Shown here: in pieces, positions 49,284 through 57,821 of the stretch
Layout: each line of letters begins with the position of its first letter
How positions within the stretch are numbered: the first letter of the stretch is position 1
Virus record (IMG/VR): IMGVR_UViG_3300032236_000771
Span: 1-64,000 of that record
DNA length: 64,000 nt
Source of the DNA: a virus
Direction: 5' to 3' (one strand)
The notes under the pieces: generated by a model
What the model was told of the DNA's origin: nothing
Database searches by the model: none
Seen by the model: only the letters and a program-made list of their open reading frames with translations
Made by a program: the position numbers and the translations under genes

Positions 49284-49826
49284 CTAGAGGGTTTGTATCA
49301 ACCGAATGAACTTCGGCGTACTGCCTTTGAAGTTCATACTACTCAGACTGATAATCTGCGTAGTAGTTCCCTTATAGAAACCAGAGTGAATTACTTTTCC
49401 GTTACCAATGTAGATAGCGGCGTGGTAGTAAGACGTGGACTTACCATAAGCCCATACCACGATGTCCCCAGGACGAGGGTCTTTTACACCCTTGTTGAGG
49501 TGTCCCAACTTATTTGCTGAGTGTGGGACATTGATTCCTAATTGTTGGTATGCCCACATGACGAGACCTGAACAGTCCCACCCTGCGGGGGTGTCGCCTG
49601 AGAATACGTACCAAGTCTTTCCGATACGACTCTCCAAGCGGCGGATTACAGTCTGAACTCGCTGACCTTCAGCCATAAGGCTGACTTTCTTTACGAGATT
49701 CACCTGTGCAGGTTCCACAACCTGCTTGACGGCTACTGCACTAGCCTGATTAGTTGCTCCAATACTTGCGGAGCACCCTGCCATTACCAGTGCGATAGCA
49801 CTTGCTGCAATGAACTTCTTTACCAT
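49284..49826 (-). CDS. Secreted/lipoprotein NlpC/P60 peptidoglycan hydrolase
   Basis: Signal peptide with MAGC lipobox-like site; DCSGLVMWAY, PGDIV, HAAIYIGNG..IH. Confidence 0.9.
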   Translation of the reverse strand: MVKKFIAASAIALVMAGCSASIGATNQASAVAVKQVVEPAQVNLVKKVSLMAEGQRVQTVIRRLESRIGKTWYVFSGDTPAGWDCSGLVMWAYQQLGINVPHSANKLGHLNKGVKDPRPGDIVVWAYGKSTSYYHAAIYIGNGKVIHSGFYKGTTTQIISLSSMNFKGSTPKFIRLIQTL

Positions 49827-49895
49827 GGCGACCTACCTTTCATTTCTTTAGTACTCGGTCGTTACTCTATTTAAGTGTTGCCAATATTCAGTTAG

Positions 49896-49925
49896 AGAAA
49901 AACCCTAGCACAGAAGTACTAGGGT
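49896..49925 (-). terminator. Intrinsic terminator
   Basis: ACCCTAGTAC-TTCT-GTGCTAGGGT-TTTT. Confidence 0.75.
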
Positions 49926-49944
49926 CTCAAATTGTTAACTGCCG

Positions 49945-50115
49945 TTAATCTTTAGATGCCCAACCGCCACCTTTGAAACTCACAGGAGGGGCTGAAAACG
50001 CCTTTACAAGGGCTACATGGCAGTTCTCACAGGTTTCCTCGTTATTGTCGTGAATGGACTTTACAACCGATTTTGAGGCGTTACAGAGGGGGCAGGAGTA
50101 GTCGTAGGTAGGCAC
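49945..50115 (-). CDS. FmdB-family zinc-ribbon protein (56 aa)
   Basis: Manual: MPTYDYSCPLC...CENC...FSAPPVSFKGGGW. Confidence 0.8.
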   Translation of the reverse strand: MPTYDYSCPLCNASKSVVKSIHDNNEETCENCHVALVKAFSAPPVSFKGGGWASKD

Positions 50116-50408
50116 TAGAGCAATTCCCCGGTCTCAGGGTCAATGCGAGGGTCGCCAAGTTCCTTGAGCTTTGCAACATACTTGTCACGGGACTTCAGCA
50201 GGAAGTTTTCGATTTCCTTCTTCTGCTCTTCAAACTTAGCAGTGACATCTGCGTACTGACCATCAGTCAGTTCGTCTCGATACTGCTCAACCGTAGCAAT
50301 TGCCTTAGTGAGCTGTTCAGCAGCAGTAGCCGCCTGTAGTTGCTCTTCTTGGAACTTCTTATCGGCATTAGCCAAATACTTGAGTTCCTTCTTGCTGAAA
50401 TTAGGCAT
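50115..50408 (-). CDS. Coiled-coil hypothetical protein
   Basis: TAATG-coupled; ends IDPETGEL. Confidence 0.65.
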   Translation of the reverse strand: MPNFSKKELKYLANADKKFQEEQLQAATAAEQLTKAIATVEQYRDELTDGQYADVTAKFEEQKKEIENFLLKSRDKYVAKLKELGDPRIDPETGELL

Positions 50409-50755
50409 TATTCTCCTACCAAGAAACTAACTAATCCTGGGTTATCCCTAAGGACCATCACTAAAGGCTCTTGCACAAGGTAGATGAACCAGTGCTCAAG
50501 ATTTTCATTGGTATCGGTTCGCTCGTCTTTATCGGCCTTATCGTTCTGGCCAAAAATAAAAATGACTGCATGAAGGATTTCATGCATCAAATAGCGACGC
50601 TGTAATTGTGGGGTCAGGTCTTTGTTGACAACGATAAAGTTGCCGTTAGTGTAGGTATACGCATGGGCGTCGTTTAGCCCCGCATCCTCGCTTATTGCCC
50701 GCTCGTAAATTGCGTACGTCTGAGAACCGATTTTTATCTTTTTGGGCAATGCCAT
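50408..50755 (-). CDS. HExxH metallopeptidase-like protein
   Basis: LP.KIKIG..Y.I, LMHEILHA, E, VLRDNP. Confidence 0.75.
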   Translation of the reverse strand: MALPKKIKIGSQTYAIYERAISEDAGLNDAHAYTYTNGNFIVVNKDLTPQLQRRYLMHEILHAVIFIFGQNDKADKDERTDTNENLEHWFIYLVQEPLVMVLRDNPGLVSFLVGE

Positions 50756-50764
50756 TTTTGCTCC

Positions 50765-51214
50765 TTATTCTGACCGAAATTCGATTTTATCAATCTCAGA
50801 ATGCCCTGAACGCCTAAACGTCCTCTCTCGGTGGCAGTTAGAACAGACTAGGTCGCACTTGTAGATTTCCTCGATAATCTTGGCCTCTGAATTGCCATTG
50901 GAAATCATGTAGGAGATAGGGGCCACTTTTTCGCCATTTACGTGGTCAAAGTCCATGACATACCAAGGGAACTTGTTACCACAGTCAAAACAAGGGGTTT
51001 CGGACTTGAAGTTGCGGACCCAAGACTTGATGCTGTCCATACGGGTTTTGCGGTTGATTTTGACGTGCAACTTGTGCAGGTCTCGGTCTCGGTGGTACCG
51101 CTCCCTAGAGGCGATGTTGGTGCATTCCTTACACCACGCCTGAAGACGAGTAGCCCCCTTCTTATTGAACTGGCCCAGAGGCTTGTCCGTGTCGCATTTA
51201 TTGCAGTGCTTCAT
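50765..51214 (-). mobile_element. Free-standing HNH endonuclease
   Basis: CNKC..CKEC, PC.DCG, MDFDH, E..KC.LVC.NCHR.RT; start reassigned to MKHC downstream of the tRNA. Confidence 0.8.
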
Positions 51215-51263
51215 AGCCCCCAAGATAGCACAAAACCCCCTGTGTTTCCACAAGGGGTCTGAG

Positions 51264-51334
51264 CTGGTCCACCTGGAATCGAACCAAGAATCACGAGTTA
51301 ACAGCTCGTCGTTATGCCTTTTAACTATGGACCA
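51264..51334 (-). tRNA. trnN: tRNA-Asn (GTT), CCA not encoded
   Basis: Cloverleaf: TGGTCCA/TGGACCA, GTTA/TAAC, ACGAG-CTGTTAA-CTCGT, CTTGG-TTCGATT-CCAGG, discriminator G. Confidence 0.9.
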
Positions 51335-51433
51335 ATGCGGGGGCCCGTGTACTTTGGGCCCCCTAAGGACTTGCACCCTTGTCCAAAACTCCCTATAGCG
51401 GATTTTGGTCAGTAGAACAGTTAACCAGAAAAA

Positions 51434-51955
51434 CTACTTAATGTCAATAGTCTTTGGCTTCTTTTCTTCAGGCAATTCCTTCTGGAAGGTCACGGTTAGT
51501 AGTCCGTTGTTGAGAGCCGCTCCGTTTACACGCCAATACTCGGCAATCGCCAGTTTCAGCGTGAAGTCACGAGCTGCGATGCCCTGGTATAGGACTTCGC
51601 CTTCGGCTTTGTTCTTCTTGCTCTTTTTGCCCGTGATTACGAGAGTTCCGTCCTCAACTGTGACTGAGAGTTCCTGCTTGAAGAACCCGGCTACTGCCAC
51701 GTTCAACAGGTTGGTCTCGTCATCAATCTTGACGATGTCGTAAGGAGGGTAAGCAGGCTTCTCAGCAGAAATCTGCTTGAGCTGCTCGAGAATTGGTGAC
51801 CAGCCAATAGATAGGCGTCCCAAATGTGGGAACAGGTCTGCGATGGTGAGAGGCTTTACCTTCTCAGGTTTCTTCCAGCCGTCCGACTCGTGGGGATTCC
51901 AAGGTTCGTTTGGACGGGGAGTGTATGGTTTGTAATCAGGATATTGATGTGACAT
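51434..51955 (-). CDS. Small heat-shock protein Hsp20 (IbpA-like)
   Basis: YPPYDI, AVAGF, L.ITG, YQGIA.R.F, A.L.NGLL.V, PEEKKP..I.I. Confidence 0.93.
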   Translation of the reverse strand: MSHQYPDYKPYTPRPNEPWNPHESDGWKKPEKVKPLTIADLFPHLGRLSIGWSPILEQLKQISAEKPAYPPYDIVKIDDETNLLNVAVAGFFKQELSVTVEDGTLVITGKKSKKNKAEGEVLYQGIAARDFTLKLAIAEYWRVNGAALNNGLLTVTFQKELPEEKKPKTIDIK

Positions 51956-52043
51956 GCTATCTCTTTCGACGATAACTGTGCTACAAGCATCCCTGCCCGA
52001 AGCACAGGTTGTTTATGACACCCAATTGGCGTGTCCGTCTAGG

Positions 52044-52052
52044 AGTATAGCA
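52044..52052 (-). promoter_or_regulatory. Extended -10 promoter for hsp20
   Basis: TGC-TATACT. Confidence 0.6.
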
Positions 52053-52424
52053 CTACTTTGATGATTTACGTGGTTTTTTCCACTCTTCCAAAGGAACCTT
52101 ACCCACAACTTTAAATCCCGCCTTAGACTGGATTTCCATCCCATCAAAAGTATCTTTTAGGTCGTTTTCGTCTATTGGTGTAACTTTATAGACATTTGGG
52201 GTTCCACCAAGTTTTTCCGCTGCACGTCGTGCGTAATAAGTTGCAGCAGGAGCGTATTTAGAGGCAAAGGCAACCCCCTCATGCTCATTGAATGGGGGCA
52301 GCCCCTCCCCGTATTCCGCTTCCGTAGGACGAGAAGCACCCGTCACACTTGCAGGAAGGACTAGGTCGCCTTCTGAAAACTCTTTATTGGTTCCATGAAA
52401 AAAGTCTGCGTTATTACGTCCCAT
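52053..52424 (-). CDS. Arr-like ADP-ribosyltransferase-fold protein
   Basis: FFHGT...F..GDL.LP, AFA, A.YYA, P.VY.V.P, E..S..GF.V. Confidence 0.7.
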   Translation of the reverse strand: MGRNNADFFHGTNKEFSEGDLVLPASVTGASRPTEAEYGEGLPPFNEHEGVAFASKYAPAATYYARRAAEKLGGTPNVYKVTPIDENDLKDTFDGMEIQSKAGFKVVGKVPLEEWKKPRKSSK

Positions 52425-52434
52425 TAGCCCAGAA

Positions 52435-52470
52435 TAGCAAAAACCCCGCCAAATAGCGGGGTTTTTGCTA
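52435..52470 (-). terminator. Terminator fused to leaderless promoter
   Basis: AAAAACCCCGC-TATTTG-GCGGGGTTTTT then GC-TATTCT-6nt-ATG. Confidence 0.75.
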
Positions 52471-52478
52471 GATTTTGA

Positions 52479-52904
52479 CTAGAACTCGTCGTCCTCGTCG
52501 TCATCCGAGTCATCGAAATCGATGTCATCCGACTCTGGGTCATCGTCAAAGTCGATGTCCTCACCGTCAAACTCGTCATCCGAGTCATCGGTTGAATCAG
52601 TAATCTGGTCGTCAGTTGCGACTACTGGAGCAACAGTTGCGTCTACAACAGGAGCGGCTGGTGCCTCAACTGGAGCAGCAACAGGTGCGTCTACAACAGG
52701 TGCTGCATCTGCAACAACTGGAGCAGCGTCAACTGCAGGAGCAGCGTCAGCAACTGGAGCGGTGGTGTCAACAACAGGTGCGGTAGCATCTGCTGCTGGG
52801 GCTACGGTTGCGTCTACCACTGGGGCGGCAACAGGAGCGTCGGTAGCAACTGGAGTAGCGTCTACTACTGGAGTTGCGTCTGGGGTTACAGTCTCGTCAG
52901 ACAT
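52479..52904 (-). CDS. Low-complexity acidic protein (APVVDA repeats, D/E tail)
   Basis: Start MSDETV after AGGAAAAAC. Confidence 0.7.
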   Translation of the reverse strand: MSDETVTPDATPVVDATPVATDAPVAAPVVDATVAPAADATAPVVDTTAPVADAAPAVDAAPVVADAAPVVDAPVAAPVEAPAAPVVDATVAPVVATDDQITDSTDDSDDEFDGEDIDFDDDPESDDIDFDDSDDDEDDEF

Positions 52905-53103
52905 GTTTTTCCTAACGTTAGGGGTGGATGTTAAAACGATAACAGACGAGGAGCCTAAAGTGAAGACATAACGCATGAATAAAATGCAAACACTCAAGAT
53001 TCCCCGTCTGCTACGTCAAACGAAAGAATTCGATATTAAGTTATATTTCTCTGCGTCTCAGAGGGCTACATTCAAACACACTTATTGACCAAAGTCAAAT
53101 CGG

Positions 53104-53445
53104 CTATTCGCCCCATACATTTGGGGCATCTGGATTGTGGATGCCGTTATTATCTGGGACATAGTCGCCAGTAGAAGCTGCCCAAGCATCGCCATCCTTG
53201 GTTCGGCTATCTGAGTGCTCTGGGTTGAAGCCTTGTGCCTTAGCGTAATTCCACATACCCGTGGCCACACCTTTGCGACGAAAAGGCTCCCCAACCCTAA
53301 TGTCCTTGACTTCTCGGTATTTACTGAGTCTCATCGAGCCCAAGAACCCAAGCTCTGGGTGGCTGGCTTCAATCGTTATTTCGCCGTATGGCTGCTCTTT
53401 GTGAGTAAAGACTAGGCCATGGAAGTCTGCGTTATTACGGCCCAT
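53104..53445 (-). CDS. GNAT-like acetyltransferase
   Basis: I.V.E.FRRKGVATGMW, HS..RT.DG.AWA. Confidence 0.75.
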   Translation of the reverse strand: MGRNNADFHGLVFTHKEQPYGEITIEASHPELGFLGSMRLSKYREVKDIRVGEPFRRKGVATGMWNYAKAQGFNPEHSDSRTKDGDAWAASTGDYVPDNNGIHNPDAPNVWGE

Positions 53446-53759
53446 TAGTCTTCCACTTCCTTGATAACCCTGAAGCCCTGCTTATCGTTCACTTCTTTTC
53501 CGCCAAATTTGCCATGAGTGGCTGTGCTTACAGGTTCAACCTGAAATACTCGAGGCTTGTAGCCCTTCGCAACTAGATGTGGGAGAGGAAGAAAACGGCT
53601 CTGAGCATATCCTCTAGCCATGTCTTTATCTGGCGTGGCTGATGCACCTAGTTTAGGGTTTCTAGGGCGAATGATGTCACCAGGCTTAAATGGGTGAGGA
53701 GAGCCGTGGTATAGAGTGCCCCCCTGAAACATCGGCCCTAAGTTATTCTCTGCACCCAT
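53445..53759 (-). CDS. Arr-like ADP-ribosyltransferase-fold protein
   Basis: LYHGS...FKPGDII.P, AT.....A.GYA, PRVFQVEP, E....GFRVI. Confidence 0.7.
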   Translation of the reverse strand: MGAENNLGPMFQGGTLYHGSPHPFKPGDIIRPRNPKLGASATPDKDMARGYAQSRFLPLPHLVAKGYKPRVFQVEPVSTATHGKFGGKEVNDKQGFRVIKEVED

Positions 53760-54040
53760 TAGTCTTTATCCCTAGTGATGATGTCGTTAATAGGATTGCC
53801 CTGGATACGAGAGACATTGCGGTTTATTTTTGGCTTAGGTTCTTCATTCAAGAAACTAGGTGGCAACTTGAAGCCCAAGTGATTCTCAGTTGCTTTACGC
53901 CAAGCAGTATGTGCCTTCTTAGAGCTCCAACTAATCTGACGAGCCACCTTCATGCAGCCATAGTGCATCACATCTAGGTGTTCATCAATAGCCTTCTGAA
54001 GCTCAGGATTGATTTCCTTGCCTTCAAGCCAATCAGCCAT
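53759..54040 (-). CDS. Hypothetical protein
   Basis: TAATG-coupled chain. Confidence 0.65.
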   Translation of the reverse strand: MADWLEGKEINPELQKAIDEHLDVMHYGCMKVARQISWSSKKAHTAWRKATENHLGFKLPPSFLNEEPKPKINRNVSRIQGNPINDIITRDKD

Positions 54041-54252
54041 TAGTCGCCCTCAATCTCCTTGCCCTGTAGGCGGAGGTTATCTTCTGGAGTAACGCCGTCC
54101 TTAGGGGTTGGACGACCACAATACGGATTCTTCATTGCGTGAACCCAAACGCCACCTGCGATGTCTCGCTTAGTTATGGGGCCGTTAAAACGGAAACGAG
54201 GGCTGAACTTAATCCAGTCACCACAGTACTTACAGTCATGCGTGGTTGGCAT
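54040..54252 (-). CDS. Small zinc-finger-like protein
   Basis: CKYCG..I...W.H.....C. Confidence 0.6.
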   Translation of the reverse strand: MPTTHDCKYCGDWIKFSPRFRFNGPITKRDIAGGVWVHAMKNPYCGRPTPKDGVTPEDNLRLQGKEIEGD

Positions 54253-54255
54253 GAG

Positions 54256-54597
54256 TTACTTACCGAGTTTTCCAAACTGCTCTTTACGCAGTGCATTGTG
54301 TGCCTTGATTGCAAGACCGCCCAAAACTAGGGCACCAACAGTTGCACCAACACCGTGGCCAATCTGAGACGCCTGAGCAACCTGGTCAGCATTAGTAGCG
54401 ACCATGTGAGGCACGTGGTCAATTACAGCCTTGGTGACAGGATTGGTGATAGGGTCGTAGCCATCCTGCTTAGTCTGCAGTGGCACAATAGTGGTTGCAA
54501 CGTCTCGACCAATCGATGAGCCAGCCTTGGCACCGAAGCCAGAGGCAAGAGCGGCTACACCCGCACGGTTGATTGCGTTTCTGATTCTACCAGCCAT
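54256..54597 (-). CDS. Gly/Ala-rich hydrophobic protein
   Basis: GxxxG-rich segments. Confidence 0.65.
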   Translation of the reverse strand: MAGRIRNAINRAGVAALASGFGAKAGSSIGRDVATTIVPLQTKQDGYDPITNPVTKAVIDHVPHMVATNADQVAQASQIGHGVGATVGALVLGGLAIKAHNALRKEQFGKLGK

Positions 54598-54636
54598 GAT
54601 ACTTCTTTCAACCCGCCCAGTAGGTTAGTTCCAATA

Positions 54637-55062
54637 CTACCAGTATCGGAAGTCGGTGTCTTTATGTTCTTCTTCAGCATCCTTTGCATGTTGCAAGAAC
54701 TCTTCTGGAGCTAGTGTAGGCAACTCTCCCTTGCGATTGCTGACGTTAGTCATGTCTACAACGCCATGCTTTGGGTGACTGTGTTCGATGTACTCTCCAC
54801 CATGCCAGGTGTGCTTCCAACCGCTAGGCGAAGTGTAAGAAACGTGGCGACCATCTTCGTCAATGCTCATCATGTGCTCTGGGAAGAGAGCCATACGCTG
54901 ATTGGCCTCGTGCTCAACGGCACCGCGATAAGAGCCGAAAATGCCTTCCATGTCGCTCCAAGCCTTAGCACCAACTGCATCGCCAACCATTTTCTTTTGG
55001 TCATTGGCAGTAAAGTTTCGACCCATAATCTCGTCGAACTGTTTGCTATCTTCTGGATTCAT
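54637..55062 (-). CDS. Hypothetical protein
   Basis: ATGA-coupled. Confidence 0.65.
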   Translation of the reverse strand: MNPEDSKQFDEIMGRNFTANDQKKMVGDAVGAKAWSDMEGIFGSYRGAVEHEANQRMALFPEHMMSIDEDGRHVSYTSPSGWKHTWHGGEYIEHSHPKHGVVDMTNVSNRKGELPTLAPEEFLQHAKDAEEEHKDTDFRYW

Positions 55063-55652
55063 CGTGCACCCTCGAACTCTTGGAAATTACCGGGGTGAAT
55101 CATGTTTGACCAATACCCATCATTCCTTTTAGAGACACCGTCGCCCTCAACTAGGCGAGTATCCATGTGCAGCGGTGCTCCCCTAAAAAGAGACTTCCGC
55201 TTCTCAAAACGTTCAGGGTAAACACTTCCGATTACACGCACAGGAATGTGAGTTAGACCTGCTCGTTTCGCTGCTTCTAGGCGGTGATGTCCTTCACCTA
55301 GATACGCATAATTCGTTTCGTGGTTGTAGTCCAAATAAACAGGTTCACGCATAGCGTTGACTCCGCCTTTGCGTAGGTCATCTGCAATGCTGTTGATGAT
55401 TTGCTCACTGTCTGGATGAGCCTGAGCACCAGTTCGGTCGTACTCACGATAGCGGTTTAGTTTAGAAACAGGTACTAGAGCGACATCTCTTCCCCAGCGG
55501 GCACCCGGTTCGCCTTTAATCTCATCAGGCTTTCGCTCTGACAATGCGTACTTGTTCCACCTAAATGCACGTCCAAATCCTGCTAAACCTGGTCCTGAAT
55601 ACACAGGTCTGGCGTACTGGAGCTGCTGTCCAATGTTTTCTTCGCTGACCAT
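55059..55652 (-). CDS. ParB/Srx N-terminal-domain protein
   Basis: VPVSKL, IADDLR.G...EPV.L, GEGHHRLEAA...G.THIPV; no HTH seen. Confidence 0.8.
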   Translation of the reverse strand: MVSEENIGQQLQYARPVYSGPGLAGFGRAFRWNKYALSERKPDEIKGEPGARWGRDVALVPVSKLNRYREYDRTGAQAHPDSEQIINSIADDLRKGGVNAMREPVYLDYNHETNYAYLGEGHHRLEAAKRAGLTHIPVRVIGSVYPERFEKRKSLFRGAPLHMDTRLVEGDGVSKRNDGYWSNMIHPGNFQEFEGAR

Positions 55653-56119
55653 TACTCGCCCTTCCAATCTGGGTGACTCTCTCGAACTACATCGCCAATT
55701 GTACGGAACTGCTGACCAACAGACAGGTTATTCTGCTGAGGCTCTACGACGTTGTTCTTATAGTGGCGAACTAGGTTATTAGCATCAACAAGTCCGCTAA
55801 AGTAAACGTGAGTCAATGGGTGGTTCTTACCCATAACAGAACTGGTGTTATCAAGCATCTTTTCTAGAGTGTCTGCGTGGTTCTGCAAGTGGCCCAATGC
55901 CTGGCCATAGGAGCCCTCATCGTGAGCAGCGTGAGCTAGAATCTCGTGGTCTTCTGCCTGAGCATGCAAAGCGTCATTGGTATTGAATAGTTTGACTACC
56001 TTTGGGGTCTGCTTGATACTGCCCAAGACAGAATTAGCCTTACCAATCAAATTGTCGTAATTGGCCGCTTGACGTCTCATAACGTCTATACCAATGCCGT
56101 GGATGTTTCCTATTGCCAT
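55652..56119 (-). CDS. Helical His-rich hypothetical protein
   Basis: 155-aa ORF in coupled array. Confidence 0.65.
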   Translation of the reverse strand: MAIGNIHGIGIDVMRRQAANYDNLIGKANSVLGSIKQTPKVVKLFNTNDALHAQAEDHEILAHAAHDEGSYGQALGHLQNHADTLEKMLDNTSSVMGKNHPLTHVYFSGLVDANNLVRHYKNNVVEPQQNNLSVGQQFRTIGDVVRESHPDWKGE

Positions 56120-56165
56120 TAGTTAGTTGGCCCTTTCCGCCGAGGCACTACTTTTTCGCATCACT

Positions 56166-56507
56166 TTAGCCCTTCCACCAGTGAATAGGAATAGGCGTGT
56201 TTGGGCGATGCTTCAACATAACTGCCAAACGGTGGTGCCCTTGAGTCAACGTCTTGTCCCCGTACCTGTCTACGTGAATCTCAATAGGCGACTGGATGCC
56301 ATTCTCTAGGATGTCGTCCTTTAGCCCATTGGCAACAGCGTTCTTGTACTTGTAGTTGAGCAGTTTCCTGTCATCGCCACCAGCAAAGTCAAAACGGCCT
56401 CGAAGGTCCTCGTGGTCTTCTAGTGCTACATGGCCAAAGAGTTCATTGGCGGACATGTGTGAAGGCAAGCCCTCGATGCCACCTTCAAACTCATCGCTTC
56501 TAGCCAT
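56166..56507 (-). CDS. ParB/Srx N-terminal-domain protein
   Basis: LKDDILENGIQSPIEI...L.QGHHRL. Confidence 0.75.
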   Translation of the reverse strand: MARSDEFEGGIEGLPSHMSANELFGHVALEDHEDLRGRFDFAGGDDRKLLNYKYKNAVANGLKDDILENGIQSPIEIHVDRYGDKTLTQGHHRLAVMLKHRPNTPIPIHWWKG

Positions 56508-56929
56508 TAGGACAACTCTTCCATAACTAGACGGTGAACAGAATTGATTTTGCCCAATGCATCGGTCATGTGATTGACTATGGCACCTTTATCTGCATCG
56601 GTGATGTGTGGAGACTCTGTAGCAGCTTTGACTGCCTCTACAAGGTGCTTTCCGCCTTGAGCAGTGCTATTCAATACGCCCATAGTGTCGCCATTGGTTG
56701 ATGCGTCCTGTGCATACGTCATGTGGTGCTTTGCATGATACAAGTTGTTATCTGCCTGGACAGATGGGTGGTCTAGCATTTCCCGGTCAGATAGGTCTTG
56801 ACCAAATACCTGCCCTGCTGCTGGGGCAGTAATTTTTTTGATAGCGTCAAGATGGTCATGGATGCCATCTAGCAACATTTGACGGGCTATCGGCCTGAAT
56901 TGGCCACCTACGTTATCTGGTTCTGCCAT
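56507..56929 (-). CDS. Helical His-rich hypothetical protein
   Basis: Start reassigned to MAEPDN. Confidence 0.65.
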   Translation of the reverse strand: MAEPDNVGGQFRPIARQMLLDGIHDHLDAIKKITAPAAGQVFGQDLSDREMLDHPSVQADNNLYHAKHHMTYAQDASTNGDTMGVLNSTAQGGKHLVEAVKAATESPHITDADKGAIVNHMTDALGKINSVHRLVMEELS

Positions 56930-56931
56930 GA

Positions 56932-57321
56932 TTAGCGGGCAAGCCACCGCATGTTGAAGTCTGGGGTTTCGACATCATTGTCGTGGGTGATGCCTTCAGC
57001 AGCCTTGTCTAGTGACGCTACGTGACCTTCAGTGGCATCGTTCTCTCCACCATCGCCACAGTAAGCCCTGTGCTCTGCAGATAGGTTCAAGACGCCACCA
57101 GCAACCTCGTTTAGCAAGTTACTTGGCACACTGCCGTTCTTCTGATACTCCGCACCTAGTTGGTGTAGACCCTTGTGAATTGAGTCAGTGTAGGCACTGT
57201 AGTCATCAAGGCGGTCTTTAGGAGCATTACGCACGAGCTGAGCGTGTAGACGCGATACGTGACCAATGTTGTCGTTGATTGCCCTCAACATTGCTGGGTA
57301 CTGGGAAAAGTCGTAGGTCAT
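56932..57321 (-). CDS. Helical hypothetical protein, leaderless
   Basis: TAAAGT 7 nt before ATG. Confidence 0.65.
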   Translation of the reverse strand: MTYDFSQYPAMLRAINDNIGHVSRLHAQLVRNAPKDRLDDYSAYTDSIHKGLHQLGAEYQKNGSVPSNLLNEVAGGVLNLSAEHRAYCGDGGENDATEGHVASLDKAAEGITHDNDVETPDFNMRWLAR

Positions 57322-57416
57322 ACGAAAAACTTTACCTTAGAACGCCCCTGCTATCTTGACTAACGTGGCTACTGTGTGCTATGTGCTGAGTAAAAACTTA
57401 TCGGGGCGTTTTATCC

Positions 57417-57773
57417 CTAAATTTGACGAGTAATTAGGTGGCCACCAGCAGTAGGCTCAACGGTAAATCCGTGGCTAGATAGTTGGCTCAAAATCTTAGG
57501 CAATTCCTCATCGTGTTTAGCCATAGCAGGAGCCTTAGTGCTCGACCAGGTGCTTCCGTCTCGATAACTCATCAAAACAGCTTCGGCTGGGGTGTGGACT
57601 CGGCCACCAGAAGACAACGCCTTGTTGCCTTTACGGTCTACAGAGGTCAGTTTCCAGCCACGAGTGTCATACCCGCCCTTCGTGGACTTCCCGGCTGACT
57701 TAGATAGGTCCACGCCGAGCATTTTTAGGTGGGAAAGGACTTGTGAAGGTCTAATAGGGGTAATCTCACTCAT
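57417..57773 (-). CDS. Hypothetical protein, leaderless
   Basis: TAAGGT 6 nt before ATG. Confidence 0.6.
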   Translation of the reverse strand: MSEITPIRPSQVLSHLKMLGVDLSKSAGKSTKGGYDTRGWKLTSVDRKGNKALSSGGRVHTPAEAVLMSYRDGSTWSSTKAPAMAKHDEELPKILSQLSSHGFTVEPTAGGHLITRQI

Positions 57774-57821
57774 GCGACAACCTTACAGGAACAGCAGGGG
57801 CCGTTTATACCTAAATTTTGA

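Noticed and set aside
49827-49895. c-di-AMP (ydaO) riboswitch before NlpC/P60
   Set aside because: Leader too short, and I cannot see the multi-stem consensus
51215-51376. N-terminal extension of the HNH ORF in the track
   Set aside because: It runs through the tRNA-Asn; the leaderless start at 51214 is better supported
52053-53759. Rifampin-resistance genes (arr)
   Set aside because: Only fold-level motifs are visible; substrate unknown
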